Assembly: GCA_034505495.1 (NCBI GenBank)
Contig: JAPDQV010000003.1
Location: 44,240-108,239 of the forward strand
Length of the DNA: 64,000 nucleotides
DNA from: Candidatus Zhuqueibacterota bacterium
GTDB taxonomy: Bacteria; Zhuqueibacterota; Zhuqueibacteria; Residuimicrobiales; Krinioviventaceae
Direction: 5' to 3'
A program made the position numbers and the translations under genes. Below, piece by piece: positions 29,874-38,702 of the stretch (position 1 is its first letter; the number at the start of each line of letters is the position of its first letter). Below the pieces are notes generated by a model. The model had not been told where the DNA came from, did no database searches, and saw nothing but the letters and a program-made list of their open reading frames with translations.

Positions 29874-31193
29874 ATGAATCTTTTACCTTACAGCGGCGTG
29901 AACAGCCAAATCATTGCCGAAGCGGCGCAACGCTTCGGAACCCCGCTCTATTTATACGATGAGCAGACCATCGTTCATAAATGTCGCGAGTTGCTTGAAA
30001 TGCCCAATGCTTTCGGTCTGCGCGTGAGCTATGCCATGAAGGCGAACGCCAACCGCGCCATCCTTCAGCTGATAGCGAACATGGGCCTGCATTTCGACCT
30101 CAGTTCGGTTTACGAAGGGCTTCGCGCCCATGCCGCCGGCATTCCTTATGACCGCATGATGTTGACCACTCAGGATGTTCCGACCGGTGAGGCGCGCCTG
30201 CAGTTGCAGGAGATGATGCTGCAGGGTATGAAGTATAACGTCTGCTCGCGCCGCCAGTTGGAACTTGTCGCCGATTTTGCCGCGGAGCATCGCCTCAAGC
30301 TTGCTCTGCGCATTCATCCCGGCGTCGGAGCCGGAGAATCGGTCACCCGCAACACCGGCGACAAATACAGCTGTTTCGGCATCCATATGGACGATCTCGA
30401 ATCTTGCCTCGATTTTGCCGCCCGAAAAGGGCTGATCTTTGACGAAGTCCATACCCACATCGGTTCCGGCGGCGACCCGCATCTATGGCGTGAGAACATT
30501 GATCGCGAGTTGGGATATGTCGAAAAGTATTTCCCGGATGCGGAAACGGTCAATCTCGGCGGTGGTTTTAAAGAGGCCCGCATGCCGGACGAAAAGCCCG
30601 CGGATATTCAGGATTTAGGCCGCTACGCCCGCGATCGGTTTCAGGCCTTTTTTCTACGCACCGGACGAAAGTTGCGGATGGCCGTCGAGCCGGGAACTTT
30701 TATTATGGCAAATGCCGGCTTTTTAGTGACCTCGGTACTCGACAAAAAGTCGACTGGAGACGACGGCTTTAAATTCATCATCGCCGACGGCGGCATGGAA
30801 ACCAACACGCGGCCGCTTCTTTACGGTTCGCGGCATCCGTTTTACGTTGTCTCGCAGGACGGAAGGCTACTTTCCAGCGAATTTGATCTGAGCGAGCTGT
30901 ATCCCGAAACCGATTATCGCGTCGTGGTGGGGCGATGCTGCGAGAGCGGTGATTCGCAGAGCCTCGATGCCCAGGGTCACATCATTCCCCGGCTGATGGC
31001 TGATCCTAAAATCGGCGACTATCTCGTCATCGGCGGCGCCGGCGCTTATGTTTCGTACATGACGTTGGTCAATTACAACTCTTACCTGCAGCCGCCTGAA
31101 GTGCTGCTGAGGCGGGACGGATCTCTGCAGCTGATCCGCCGCAGGCAGACATTGGAGCAGATGGTCGCCAACGAGCTTCCGCTCAACGTATAA
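29874..31193 (+). CDS. lysA: diaminopimelate decarboxylase (fold-type III PLP decarboxylase)
   Basis: TPLYLYDE...YAMKAN PLP-lysine region. Operon position after dapF-dapL. Confidence 0.72.
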   Translation: MNLLPYSGVNSQIIAEAAQRFGTPLYLYDEQTIVHKCRELLEMPNAFGLRVSYAMKANANRAILQLIANMGLHFDLSSVYEGLRAHAAGIPYDRMMLTTQDVPTGEARLQLQEMMLQGMKYNVCSRRQLELVADFAAEHRLKLALRIHPGVGAGESVTRNTGDKYSCFGIHMDDLESCLDFAARKGLIFDEVHTHIGSGGDPHLWRENIDRELGYVEKYFPDAETVNLGGGFKEARMPDEKPADIQDLGRYARDRFQAFFLRTGRKLRMAVEPGTFIMANAGFLVTSVLDKKSTGDDGFKFIIADGGMETNTRPLLYGSRHPFYVVSQDGRLLSSEFDLSELYPETDYRVVVGRCCESGDSQSLDAQGHIIPRLMADPKIGDYLVIGGAGAYVSYMTLVNYNSYLQPPEVLLRRDGSLQLIRRRQTLEQMVANELPLNV

Positions 31194-33369
31194 AGCTGAT
31201 TTTCCCCTTGGCTACGATTCGCTCACTTTCCGGCGAATGAATGACATAAAAATAAATTCCGGATGGGGCTGGTTCTCCCTGAAAAGTTTTTCCGTCCCAA
31301 ATTAAGAGCGGTTCCGCCGCTTTTTCCTTCCAAATCATCCGGCCGAGCGTGTCAAAAATGACAAGCTGAATGGCCTCTTTTCCCAAGGGATTGGGAAACA
31401 CGACGCATCCGTTTGCAGGGTTGGGATAGGGACCGGTAGCGACAGGCGCGAAATCCGCCTCTAAAGACTGCTCTTGGAAGGAGCCGTCGGTATCAATCTG
31501 CCGGATGATAAAAGTCCAGCGTGCGGCAAAAGGCGGCCGATGTGCAAAAGAGTACTCTTTTGGCTCGTTGGAAGTCCCCGCACCCGGCATAAAACCGACG
31601 CGCTCCGGTGAGCCGTTTCCAAGTCTGCGATAGATTTCAAAGCCCAAGTTATTACTCTCGGAAAGCGTCTGCCAGAAAAGCAGGACCGTATCCCTCTGTA
31701 TCCGCACTTCCAATTTTCCCCATTCCACTGGAGTTGACGGAGTGACAGTTTCTTTAAACGCATAAAAGACAATGTCCTGATCGAATGTCGGCGTCTTGAA
31801 GCGATGCCATCCTTCGGCGCGCGCCTCGTAACGCGTGCTGTTGCCGAGCCACTCGCCCGTCTTGGGATTATAGAAGCGATAACCGAGGGTCGTTTTCCCC
31901 AAGTATAGATCGAATTCGATGCGGCTTTTGTTTTGTTGTGTAAAAAGATAAGCGACGAGTTCATCATCGCCGCGGCGACAAAGAAAGCCTTTTCCATTTA
32001 AAAGTCTTAACTCGTCGGATGATTGGAGAGCATTGACATCTTGAAGCTGATCGACAAAGCGGATGAAAAAAGAATGCTGACGGGTAATCTCGTTGGGGAG
32101 AGAACGAATGTCGCTCCAATGTTCTTCGGAAATGCCCGCGGCGCCGAGCGTCAACGCCGACCAGAACGTGGCGCGGTGCCAATTGCGATAATCCTCTTCG
32201 GTATAAAAGTGCGTCGCATCGTTCTCCCACGGGCCGATTTCATTCCAAATGTAAGGCATGTTATATTTAAAGTAATATGGAGCATATCTCTTGTCGTTAT
32301 GAATCGCCCAATACATAAAGTCCCATTGATCCGGCCAGCACTTATAGCGCAGATGCGCATGGCAAAGATCCAAGCCGTAGGGCGCTGTATACATCTCTGA
32401 GGCTCCGATTAAGAGATTGTATGGATCGGCCTGCTGAATGATTCTGCGATAAACCTCCGTTTGCCTGGCTGCGGAAAATTTGAATTTTTCCGCTTCGTTC
32501 CAAAGTTCCCAAATGATATTTGGAAAGGCCGCATATCTCTTGACAATATATTCGAGATAGAATTTTGTCTCTTTTGTAAAAGTATATTCATTCCAAGGCT
32601 CCAAAAGAAGCCAATCTGCCGAAGCCGGCGTTTGCAGGGACCAATCGGTATTTTGTTTACGCTTGCCCCATACATCAAAGAGCGTTATCTGAAGGTTGAT
32701 GCCGTTCCACATTGCCGCTTGGACGATTTCATCCATGGCCTTAAAGAAAGCGAGATTCATATCGCGTAAGTTGTAATCCAAAGGGAGCACCTGAACCTTG
32801 AAAACCGCACCGTTCAGTCCCAATTGGGAAATGTCTTGAAAGTATTTTCGACAAAGAGAGAGATAGGTTTGTGTGTCGAGTCTTTCCGGATAGCTTAATT
32901 CCTGCAGATCGTTGGTCCCGAAAGGCCGCATGATGCAAAGATATTTTCCGCCGTGCCAGAAGAGGGGTGTGCCGTCTTCATAGCGCAGTTTGCGCGGATT
33001 GTAGGGGTCGATGCGGATATGGCCATGAATTTTAGGGTGGGTTTGCGCCGTGCAGGTAAATTCGCTTGCACCGGCAGCGTTGCCGAAACGCCAGCGAACC
33101 TGCCATTGACCGATCCGGTCCGGCATAAACCGGATCTTCCATTGCCTGTCTCCGTCATAGAAGCCGCTCACGGGAACCTCGATGCGGCCTGGAGAGACAA
33201 AGACTGCATCGACAGACTGATCATACGGATTGGCGATCGAGACATTTTCGTCAAAAGTTATCTCAAGGACATGATAACGGGGTACCGGCGTCGGAGAGAG
33301 CGTGACGGTCAATCCCCAAAGAGCAAAAGGGGAAATGAGAAAAAGGCAAAAAAGTTTGATGCCCTGCAT
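31183..33369 (-). CDS. secreted GH5-like (clan GH-A) glycoside hydrolase with N-terminal Ig-like domain, Fn3-like domain and T9SS C-terminal sorting domain
   Basis: Signal peptide. TIM-barrel with NEP-type motif IIWELWNEAEK. C-terminal YPNPANG...GIYFYVIH CTD. Converges on and overlaps the lysA 3' end by 11 nt. Confidence 0.7.
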   Translation of the reverse strand: MQGIKLFCLFLISPFALWGLTVTLSPTPVPRYHVLEITFDENVSIANPYDQSVDAVFVSPGRIEVPVSGFYDGDRQWKIRFMPDRIGQWQVRWRFGNAAGASEFTCTAQTHPKIHGHIRIDPYNPRKLRYEDGTPLFWHGGKYLCIMRPFGTNDLQELSYPERLDTQTYLSLCRKYFQDISQLGLNGAVFKVQVLPLDYNLRDMNLAFFKAMDEIVQAAMWNGINLQITLFDVWGKRKQNTDWSLQTPASADWLLLEPWNEYTFTKETKFYLEYIVKRYAAFPNIIWELWNEAEKFKFSAARQTEVYRRIIQQADPYNLLIGASEMYTAPYGLDLCHAHLRYKCWPDQWDFMYWAIHNDKRYAPYYFKYNMPYIWNEIGPWENDATHFYTEEDYRNWHRATFWSALTLGAAGISEEHWSDIRSLPNEITRQHSFFIRFVDQLQDVNALQSSDELRLLNGKGFLCRRGDDELVAYLFTQQNKSRIEFDLYLGKTTLGYRFYNPKTGEWLGNSTRYEARAEGWHRFKTPTFDQDIVFYAFKETVTPSTPVEWGKLEVRIQRDTVLLFWQTLSESNNLGFEIYRRLGNGSPERVGFMPGAGTSNEPKEYSFAHRPPFAARWTFIIRQIDTDGSFQEQSLEADFAPVATGPYPNPANGCVVFPNPLGKEAIQLVIFDTLGRMIWKEKAAEPLLIWDGKTFQGEPAPSGIYFYVIHSPESERIVAKGKISFIR

Positions 33370-33490
33370 AATGTTGTCCGTCGAAAAAGGCTTTAGCTCT
33401 AATCATTAGCAAACCTAATGCCTGGACGGCTTGTGTAAAACTGTCGACAATGATATAAGAAGCGGGGTGACGGACAGTGTATCAAAGGGA

Positions 33491-34555
33491 TTAAGATCGC
33501 TGTTTTTTCAAGGTGTGCAGCAGCTTTTTCGCCTCGTCCAGTTTTTCGAGGACGCGCGGCGGCGCATCGGCCTGCGGCTGCAGCTCTGCAGCTTTGCGGG
33601 CATGATAGTATGCCCTTTGTGTCTCTTGTAACGCTGCGAAACAATGCGCCAGTTTGAGATGCAGGACAATTTCGTTAAAGTGATTGTTGAATTTTTGCGC
33701 CGTCACGGAATCCAATAATAGTTGATAAAGCTCCGCAGCTTCTTCAAACCGCCTTTGTTTCGCCGTCGCCTCCGCCTTCAGCCATAAAAAGAATCGACTC
33801 TTTGGAAAAGCAGATAATCCTTCATCGGCACATTTTTCCGCCAGCCGGTATTCCTTTTCCTGCATATAGATCCAGCCCAAATTGGACAGCGCCGGCCATT
33901 TGGAAAATCTGGAGGTATGATAAGCTTTTTTAATGTCCTCTATTCCTTCCTCACGCTGATCGGCAAAAAAAGGCAGCCAAGAAAAGATTCGCGTAAGATG
34001 GCTTCTCCAATATTTGTAACTGCCAATGGCAAGATAGGCGTCATTCCAAGAGTTGTCGATTTCAAGAACTTTTTGCAGTGTGCGCACGGCTCGAATCGAA
34101 TAAGAGATGCCCTGCAAATATTTACCCGAGCGCGAAAAATGCAGGCCATAGTAAGAGAGTGCGCCGCCGCGATAAAAGAGCGCCTCAGAGTCATCGGCAT
34201 TTTTTAAAAGAAGCGTATCGCAGATTTGCAGAGTTTTTTGCAGACTTTGCATGAACTCTTGTTCCCAAAGATTCGATTCGAAATCCAGCATCATGGAATG
34301 AAGGACTGCGGCTTTCAAAAAATAAGGAGCCGGTTTGGAGGGGCAGGATGTGAGGAGGGATTCGATCAGCGAAAAGGCTTGTTCATATTCTTCTGCAATC
34401 GCCTTTTCGATAATGGTCGAGCCCACATCCTCAATAGCCGACCTATTGCAAGGATCAGCCGAGGCCGGAATCGATGTAAAACAAAAAAGCGCCGATAAAA
34501 TGGCGCTGTAAAATGCATGACGGTCAGTAAAAAAAGGGGTTATACAGTTTTTCAA
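33491..34555 (-). CDS. secreted TPR-repeat protein
   Basis: Signal peptide, then multiple TPR-like helical repeats. Confidence 0.6.
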   Translation of the reverse strand: MKNCITPFFTDRHAFYSAILSALFCFTSIPASADPCNRSAIEDVGSTIIEKAIAEEYEQAFSLIESLLTSCPSKPAPYFLKAAVLHSMMLDFESNLWEQEFMQSLQKTLQICDTLLLKNADDSEALFYRGGALSYYGLHFSRSGKYLQGISYSIRAVRTLQKVLEIDNSWNDAYLAIGSYKYWRSHLTRIFSWLPFFADQREEGIEDIKKAYHTSRFSKWPALSNLGWIYMQEKEYRLAEKCADEGLSAFPKSRFFLWLKAEATAKQRRFEEAAELYQLLLDSVTAQKFNNHFNEIVLHLKLAHCFAALQETQRAYYHARKAAELQPQADAPPRVLEKLDEAKKLLHTLKKQRS

Positions 34556-34558
34556 TAC

Positions 34559-35503
34559 TTATTGATCTGCTTCGAGGATATAGTTAAGCGGGTCTTGAAC
34601 AGATCCCATGTAATGGACTTCGTAATGCAAATGTGGTCCGGTTGCGCTTCCGGTATCTCCTACCGTGCCTATAACTTGTCCGCGTCGGACCTCCTGGCCT
34701 TCCTTAACTTCTACAGTTTTTAGATGTGCATAAAGTGTCAAATAACCTTCACCGTGGTCAATGGCTATGTATCTACCGTAACTTCTATTAGGATCGTGCT
34801 TTCCTACTACGGTCGTAACTCTTCCGTCTGCCGCGGCTACAACCGGCGTACCCCGTTTTGCTGAAATATCCTGGCCTTCATGATATTGGCGTATTCGGGT
34901 CAAGGGGTGAACACGCCAGCCGAAGCTGTCCGTAAACCGATATTCACCCTGGACCGGATTGATGGAAGGAATATGATTCCAGAGACTTTGATTCTCTTTT
35001 TCCTTCTTTTCAATCTCTTCCCGACTTTTCTGCACAAATTCAAGGCGTCTATCCAAGTCATCCAAAAATTTTGCTATTCTTGCCGCATTTACAACGTTGG
35101 CATCGACGGTCGACGGCTGAATACTTGCCAATGTATATTCGGAGGAAGCCAATCCGCCTCTTCCTAATTTTCGTTCATCTTCCGTATAATCGGTCATATC
35201 CAATATTTGCCGCAGCTGCTGATCCGAAGACTTGATAACTTCGACGTTCGTTTCGATCTTTTTCACTTTCTTTTCCATTTCGGCGAGCATCTGCCTGAGC
35301 TGCGTATTGGATTTTTTCAGCGATGCTATATTTGAATTATGGAAATAATTTGTGAAAAGGGCAATAATGCCGATCAAGAGGGCTGCAAAACAAACAACGA
35401 AAGCACTGGAAAGGACGATTACTTTTCTTAGATCTAAGCTGAATTCTCGAACTTCGGAACCCCCGGTCGAAAAATAAATCAGCTTAAAACGTTTGTTATG
35501 CAT
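34559..35503 (-). CDS. M23 family metallopeptidase with N-terminal TM and coiled coil (EnvC/NlpD-like)
   Basis: HEGQD...HLHYEVH M23 zinc motifs. TM helix and coiled coil upstream. Confidence 0.85.
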   Translation of the reverse strand: MHNKRFKLIYFSTGGSEVREFSLDLRKVIVLSSAFVVCFAALLIGIIALFTNYFHNSNIASLKKSNTQLRQMLAEMEKKVKKIETNVEVIKSSDQQLRQILDMTDYTEDERKLGRGGLASSEYTLASIQPSTVDANVVNAARIAKFLDDLDRRLEFVQKSREEIEKKEKENQSLWNHIPSINPVQGEYRFTDSFGWRVHPLTRIRQYHEGQDISAKRGTPVVAAADGRVTTVVGKHDPNRSYGRYIAIDHGEGYLTLYAHLKTVEVKEGQEVRRGQVIGTVGDTGSATGPHLHYEVHYMGSVQDPLNYILEADQ

Positions 35504-35901
35504 AAAGAGCCCTTTTGTTAAGACGATCGATCGATTGATTAAGCAGATTTACTCTTTTGCAATTTGGAAAAATTACACTAATTAATAATAGACAGACTTA
35601 CGACTTGGCACAAAGAAAAGCAAAAAAGGCTTTTAAATATATAAACTGCCTCTTGGATTGTCAAGCGAAAAATCGTTAAACAGTAATACAAATAATTCAC
35701 GATTGGCTCAAAATGAGACAAAACTTGGATTCATTCGCACTGCGAGGCCAGGTCCATTCTTACAGAATTTTTACTCGATAATGGTATGGTAATATATAAA
35801 AAAATTGCAAGTTGTCAATAAAAAATGACATTATTTGATAATGTTTTTGCGTTTTATTTGTAAAAAATTATGCTTGCTTTTTTAATTCTAAATAGGGATA
35901 T

Positions 35902-36330
35902 TTGTATAGTATGAAAGATAAAAAATATATATATGCAATTTTGGCAGCGGCTCTTTTTTCGAGCGTATGCTTGATGGCCGGGGCGGTTATCGCCGATTTT
36001 CATGCTGAAAGCAGCCTGAACCGCGTTGACTTGAAATGGGTGGTAACGGCTGAAAGCCAGCTGAAGGGATACCGTATCATGCGCAGCTTGGACGGTGTCC
36101 AATTTCAAAAGCTTGCCTTCGTTCCTGCTGTGGGTGTGAATGGACGCGAATACACGTATCGATATTCAGACAATTCGGTATTCAAATCGGCCGGCAGGAC
36201 TTTTTATTACAAGTTGGAGCTCGTGAATTTAGATGACACCTATACCGCATACGAAAAAGTGATTGTCGTCGCGCCGCAAATCTCCTCCGCCCGACATACT
36301 TGGGGCAGCCTCAAAGCAATGTTTAGATAA
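35902..36330 (+). CDS. small secreted Fn3-like domain protein
   Basis: Signal peptide plus a single ~85-aa beta-rich domain resembling the pre-CTD domain of the T9SS cargo proteins in this window. Ends ...HTWGSLKAMFR. Sits in an AT-rich island. Confidence 0.55.
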   Translation: MYSMKDKKYIYAILAAALFSSVCLMAGAVIADFHAESSLNRVDLKWVVTAESQLKGYRIMRSLDGVQFQKLAFVPAVGVNGREYTYRYSDNSVFKSAGRTFYYKLELVNLDDTYTAYEKVIVVAPQISSARHTWGSLKAMFR

Positions 36331-36469
36331 GTCCCCCCGCAATTCTAATCCCAACACGAATACCGCCAGCACTCTATCAATTTCTCCCATTTATTCAGTG
36401 CGATTAGTCGATTTTGTATCTTTCCATTTTTATTTAAATTAATTTTTCGAGCATACTCATTTGATTCCA

Positions 36470-36607
36470 TCATCGTTTTAATTTTTCTTTTAGTTCTAAA
36501 AGCTGTTCCTCCAACTTGGTCAGTCGCCGTAGGATCGCCAAGAGGAAAATGAACAGTCCCGTCCAGATGGCCGAGTAGGCAAGAAAAAGATAACCCAACT
36601 TTGTCAT
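36470..36607 (-). CDS. ccmD: CcmD-like small membrane protein (heme exporter protein D)
   Basis: Unlisted 45-aa ORF MTKLGYLFLAYSAIWTGLFIFLLAILRRLTKLEEQLLELKEKLKR. Its ATG overlaps the ccmC stop (ATGA). It has a single TM helix with the Tyr/Ala/Trp pattern typical of CcmD. Confidence 0.6.
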   Translation of the reverse strand: MTKLGYLFLAYSAIWTGLFIFLLAILRRLTKLEEQLLELKEKLKR

Positions 36608-37287
36608 ATTTCGCCGTTTCTCCATTCTTTATCAAAAAGTTCAAGGTCCTTTTCGGCTCGAGAGATTTTATAGTTGATGTACAACAGGAGAATGAGCAGG
36701 AGAGTAAATCCGAAAAGCGCAATCATCAGGGTCGCAAGCATCGGAGCTTCCAGACCGCTGCCGCTTTTTCCGCCCAAGACCGGGGCAGGATGGAGGGTGC
36801 GCCACCATCGAATGGACATATAGACCAGAGGCACATCCAGAAAACCGATGATGCCAAAGACGGCGGCAAATCGCGCTCCCTTTTCGCCTGGTAAGGAGCT
36901 GCGCAGCATCAGATAAACGATAAAAATCAACCAGAGAACCAGTGAGGTGGTGAGGCGGGCGTCCCAAGTCCAAAAGACGTTCCACACCGGCTTTGCCCAT
37001 AAAGGACCGCTGACAAGCACCAAAGTGAGGAAAAACACCCCCACTTCGCCGGCACTGTAGGCCAGAACGTCCCAATGACTTTTGCCGGTACGAAGAAAGG
37101 CTATGCCACCGACAAACACGACGGCAAATGCCAAAAAGGAAACCCAGGCGGCAGGGACATGAAAGTAGAAAATTCTTTGGATTTCCCCCATGGTTCGTTC
37201 TGTCGGCGCGTACAAAAAGGCAGCATAAAGAGCTGCCGTCATCCCTATGTAGGTAAATGCCGCAAGTATCACCAGCGATTTCTTCAT
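36604..37287 (-). CDS. ccmC: heme exporter protein C
   Basis: CcmC/CcsA-family Trp-rich motif (VWNVFWTWDARLT), multi-TM, 227 aa. Confidence 0.85.
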   Translation of the reverse strand: MKKSLVILAAFTYIGMTAALYAAFLYAPTERTMGEIQRIFYFHVPAAWVSFLAFAVVFVGGIAFLRTGKSHWDVLAYSAGEVGVFFLTLVLVSGPLWAKPVWNVFWTWDARLTTSLVLWLIFIVYLMLRSSLPGEKGARFAAVFGIIGFLDVPLVYMSIRWWRTLHPAPVLGGKSGSGLEAPMLATLMIALFGFTLLLILLLYINYKISRAEKDLELFDKEWRNGEI

Positions 37288-37920
37288 TTACTCTTCCACA
37301 ATATGTTCATACAGTAAAAAGGACGCCGTAATAAAGATGATGTCCACGGCGGCCAATATTTTAATCCAAGAACCCGCTTCTTTCAAGCCCGCGTCGGTCA
37401 TCAATAGGGCTGATGCTTTTACTCCCGCAAGCAGAATCGGCACGATGACGGGAAAAAGCAGCAGCGGCAACATCACCTCCCGCGCTCGGCAGTGGGCGGC
37501 TATGGTCGAAAAAAGCGTGCCGACGGCAGAATAGCCGGCAACTCCAAGCAGGAGAACCGCAGCCAAGCCAAGCCGGTGTTCTCCCAGCGGCAGGTCGAAC
37601 AATACAACAAGGAGCGGGATTAGAATCAAAAGTTCGAAAGAAATAAAAATCATATTGCCGATCCATTTGGCTGGAAAAATGGCCGAACGGTCGATTGGGC
37701 AGAGAAGCAATCCCTGCATCATGGCGTTTTCATATTCGCGGTTGAACGAACGAGCCAGTCCGATGTTGCCGGAAAACACGAGCAGAATCCATAGAATACC
37801 CGAACCGGCGGTTTTCAGCTCTTCGGAGCCGGGCTCAAAAATAAAGCCAAAGATTACCGCAATTACCAGGGAAAAGAGCAGCATACCGTTCAGAATCTCT
37901 TTGCTGCGCAATTCCACCAA
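37288..37920 (-). CDS. ccmB: heme exporter protein B (ABC permease)
   Basis: 210 aa, six-TM CcmB-like permease. Lies between ccmA and ccmC. Confidence 0.8.
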   Translation of the reverse strand: MVELRSKEILNGMLLFSLVIAVIFGFIFEPGSEELKTAGSGILWILLVFSGNIGLARSFNREYENAMMQGLLLCPIDRSAIFPAKWIGNMIFISFELLILIPLLVVLFDLPLGEHRLGLAAVLLLGVAGYSAVGTLFSTIAAHCRAREVMLPLLLFPVIVPILLAGVKASALLMTDAGLKEAGSWIKILAAVDIIFITASFLLYEHIVEE

Positions 37921-37943
37921 GATATCTTTGTAAAGAATTGCGG

Positions 37944-38702
37944 CTATTTGAGCGATGGTTCGGATGGCAGCAGCATCTCCATTAATTCGGTTCTAAGCAG
38001 TCGATCGACCGGGCGATCGCAAACCAGTCTGCCGTGACGAAGGATCAGAACCCGTTGCGCCTTTTCGAGCGCATAGTCGATGTCGTGGAGGGTCAAGATG
38101 ACGGTTCGCTTTTCGTCGAGAAATTTATCCAACATCGATTTTAATTTTTCACGGGCATACACGTCGAGGCCGGTAAACGGTTCGTCGAGGAGCAGAATCT
38201 CCGGATCGTGCAACAAGGCGCGCGCCAGCGAGGCCCTTTGCGCCATGCCGCGGGAAAAGGTTCGGATCCGCTTTCGACGATGTTCCCAAAGCCCAACTTC
38301 TTCAAGCAGAGTCTCGGCCCGCTCCGGCGGGACTCCGAACATCCGCGCATAGAAACGGAGGTTTTCTTCTGCCGTAAGATCGTCATAAAGGTATGTGTGG
38401 TGACTCATGACCCCGACCGCACGCCTCGTTTCCGCTGCATGTCGGCGGACCGATAACCCTTTGATAAAGATTTCGCCTGATGACGGCCGCGCCAAACCTG
38501 CCAGCAGCCGGATGAGCGTTGTTTTTCCGGCGCCGTTGGCGCCCAAAACGGCAATGAATTCCCCTGTGTCGATGTGAAAAGAGACATCGCATAAAGCGCA
38601 CGCAGGTCCGAAAGACTTGCAGAGGTTGTCTGCTTTCACGATGCCGAATTTCGGTGTGCTTTGATCTGTTGTTGCGCACTTGTGCTGCATGCGAAAAGTC
38701 AT
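37944..38702 (-). CDS. ccmA: heme ABC exporter ATP-binding protein
   Basis: Walker A GANGAGKTT, ABC signature and Walker B. Synteny with ccmBC. Confidence 0.85.
   Translation of the reverse strand: MTFRMQHKCATTDQSTPKFGIVKADNLCKSFGPACALCDVSFHIDTGEFIAVLGANGAGKTTLIRLLAGLARPSSGEIFIKGLSVRRHAAETRRAVGVMSHHTYLYDDLTAEENLRFYARMFGVPPERAETLLEEVGLWEHRRKRIRTFSRGMAQRASLARALLHDPEILLLDEPFTGLDVYAREKLKSMLDKFLDEKRTVILTLHDIDYALEKAQRVLILRHGRLVCDRPVDRLLRTELMEMLLPSEPSLK

Noticed and set aside
36345-36722. 125-aa ORF on the minus strand spanning the ccmC 3' end and downstream
   Set aside because: Out of frame with the CcmD-like micro-ORF that has the ATGA coupling. Overlaps ccmC. Its translation is low-complexity and matches no known domain.
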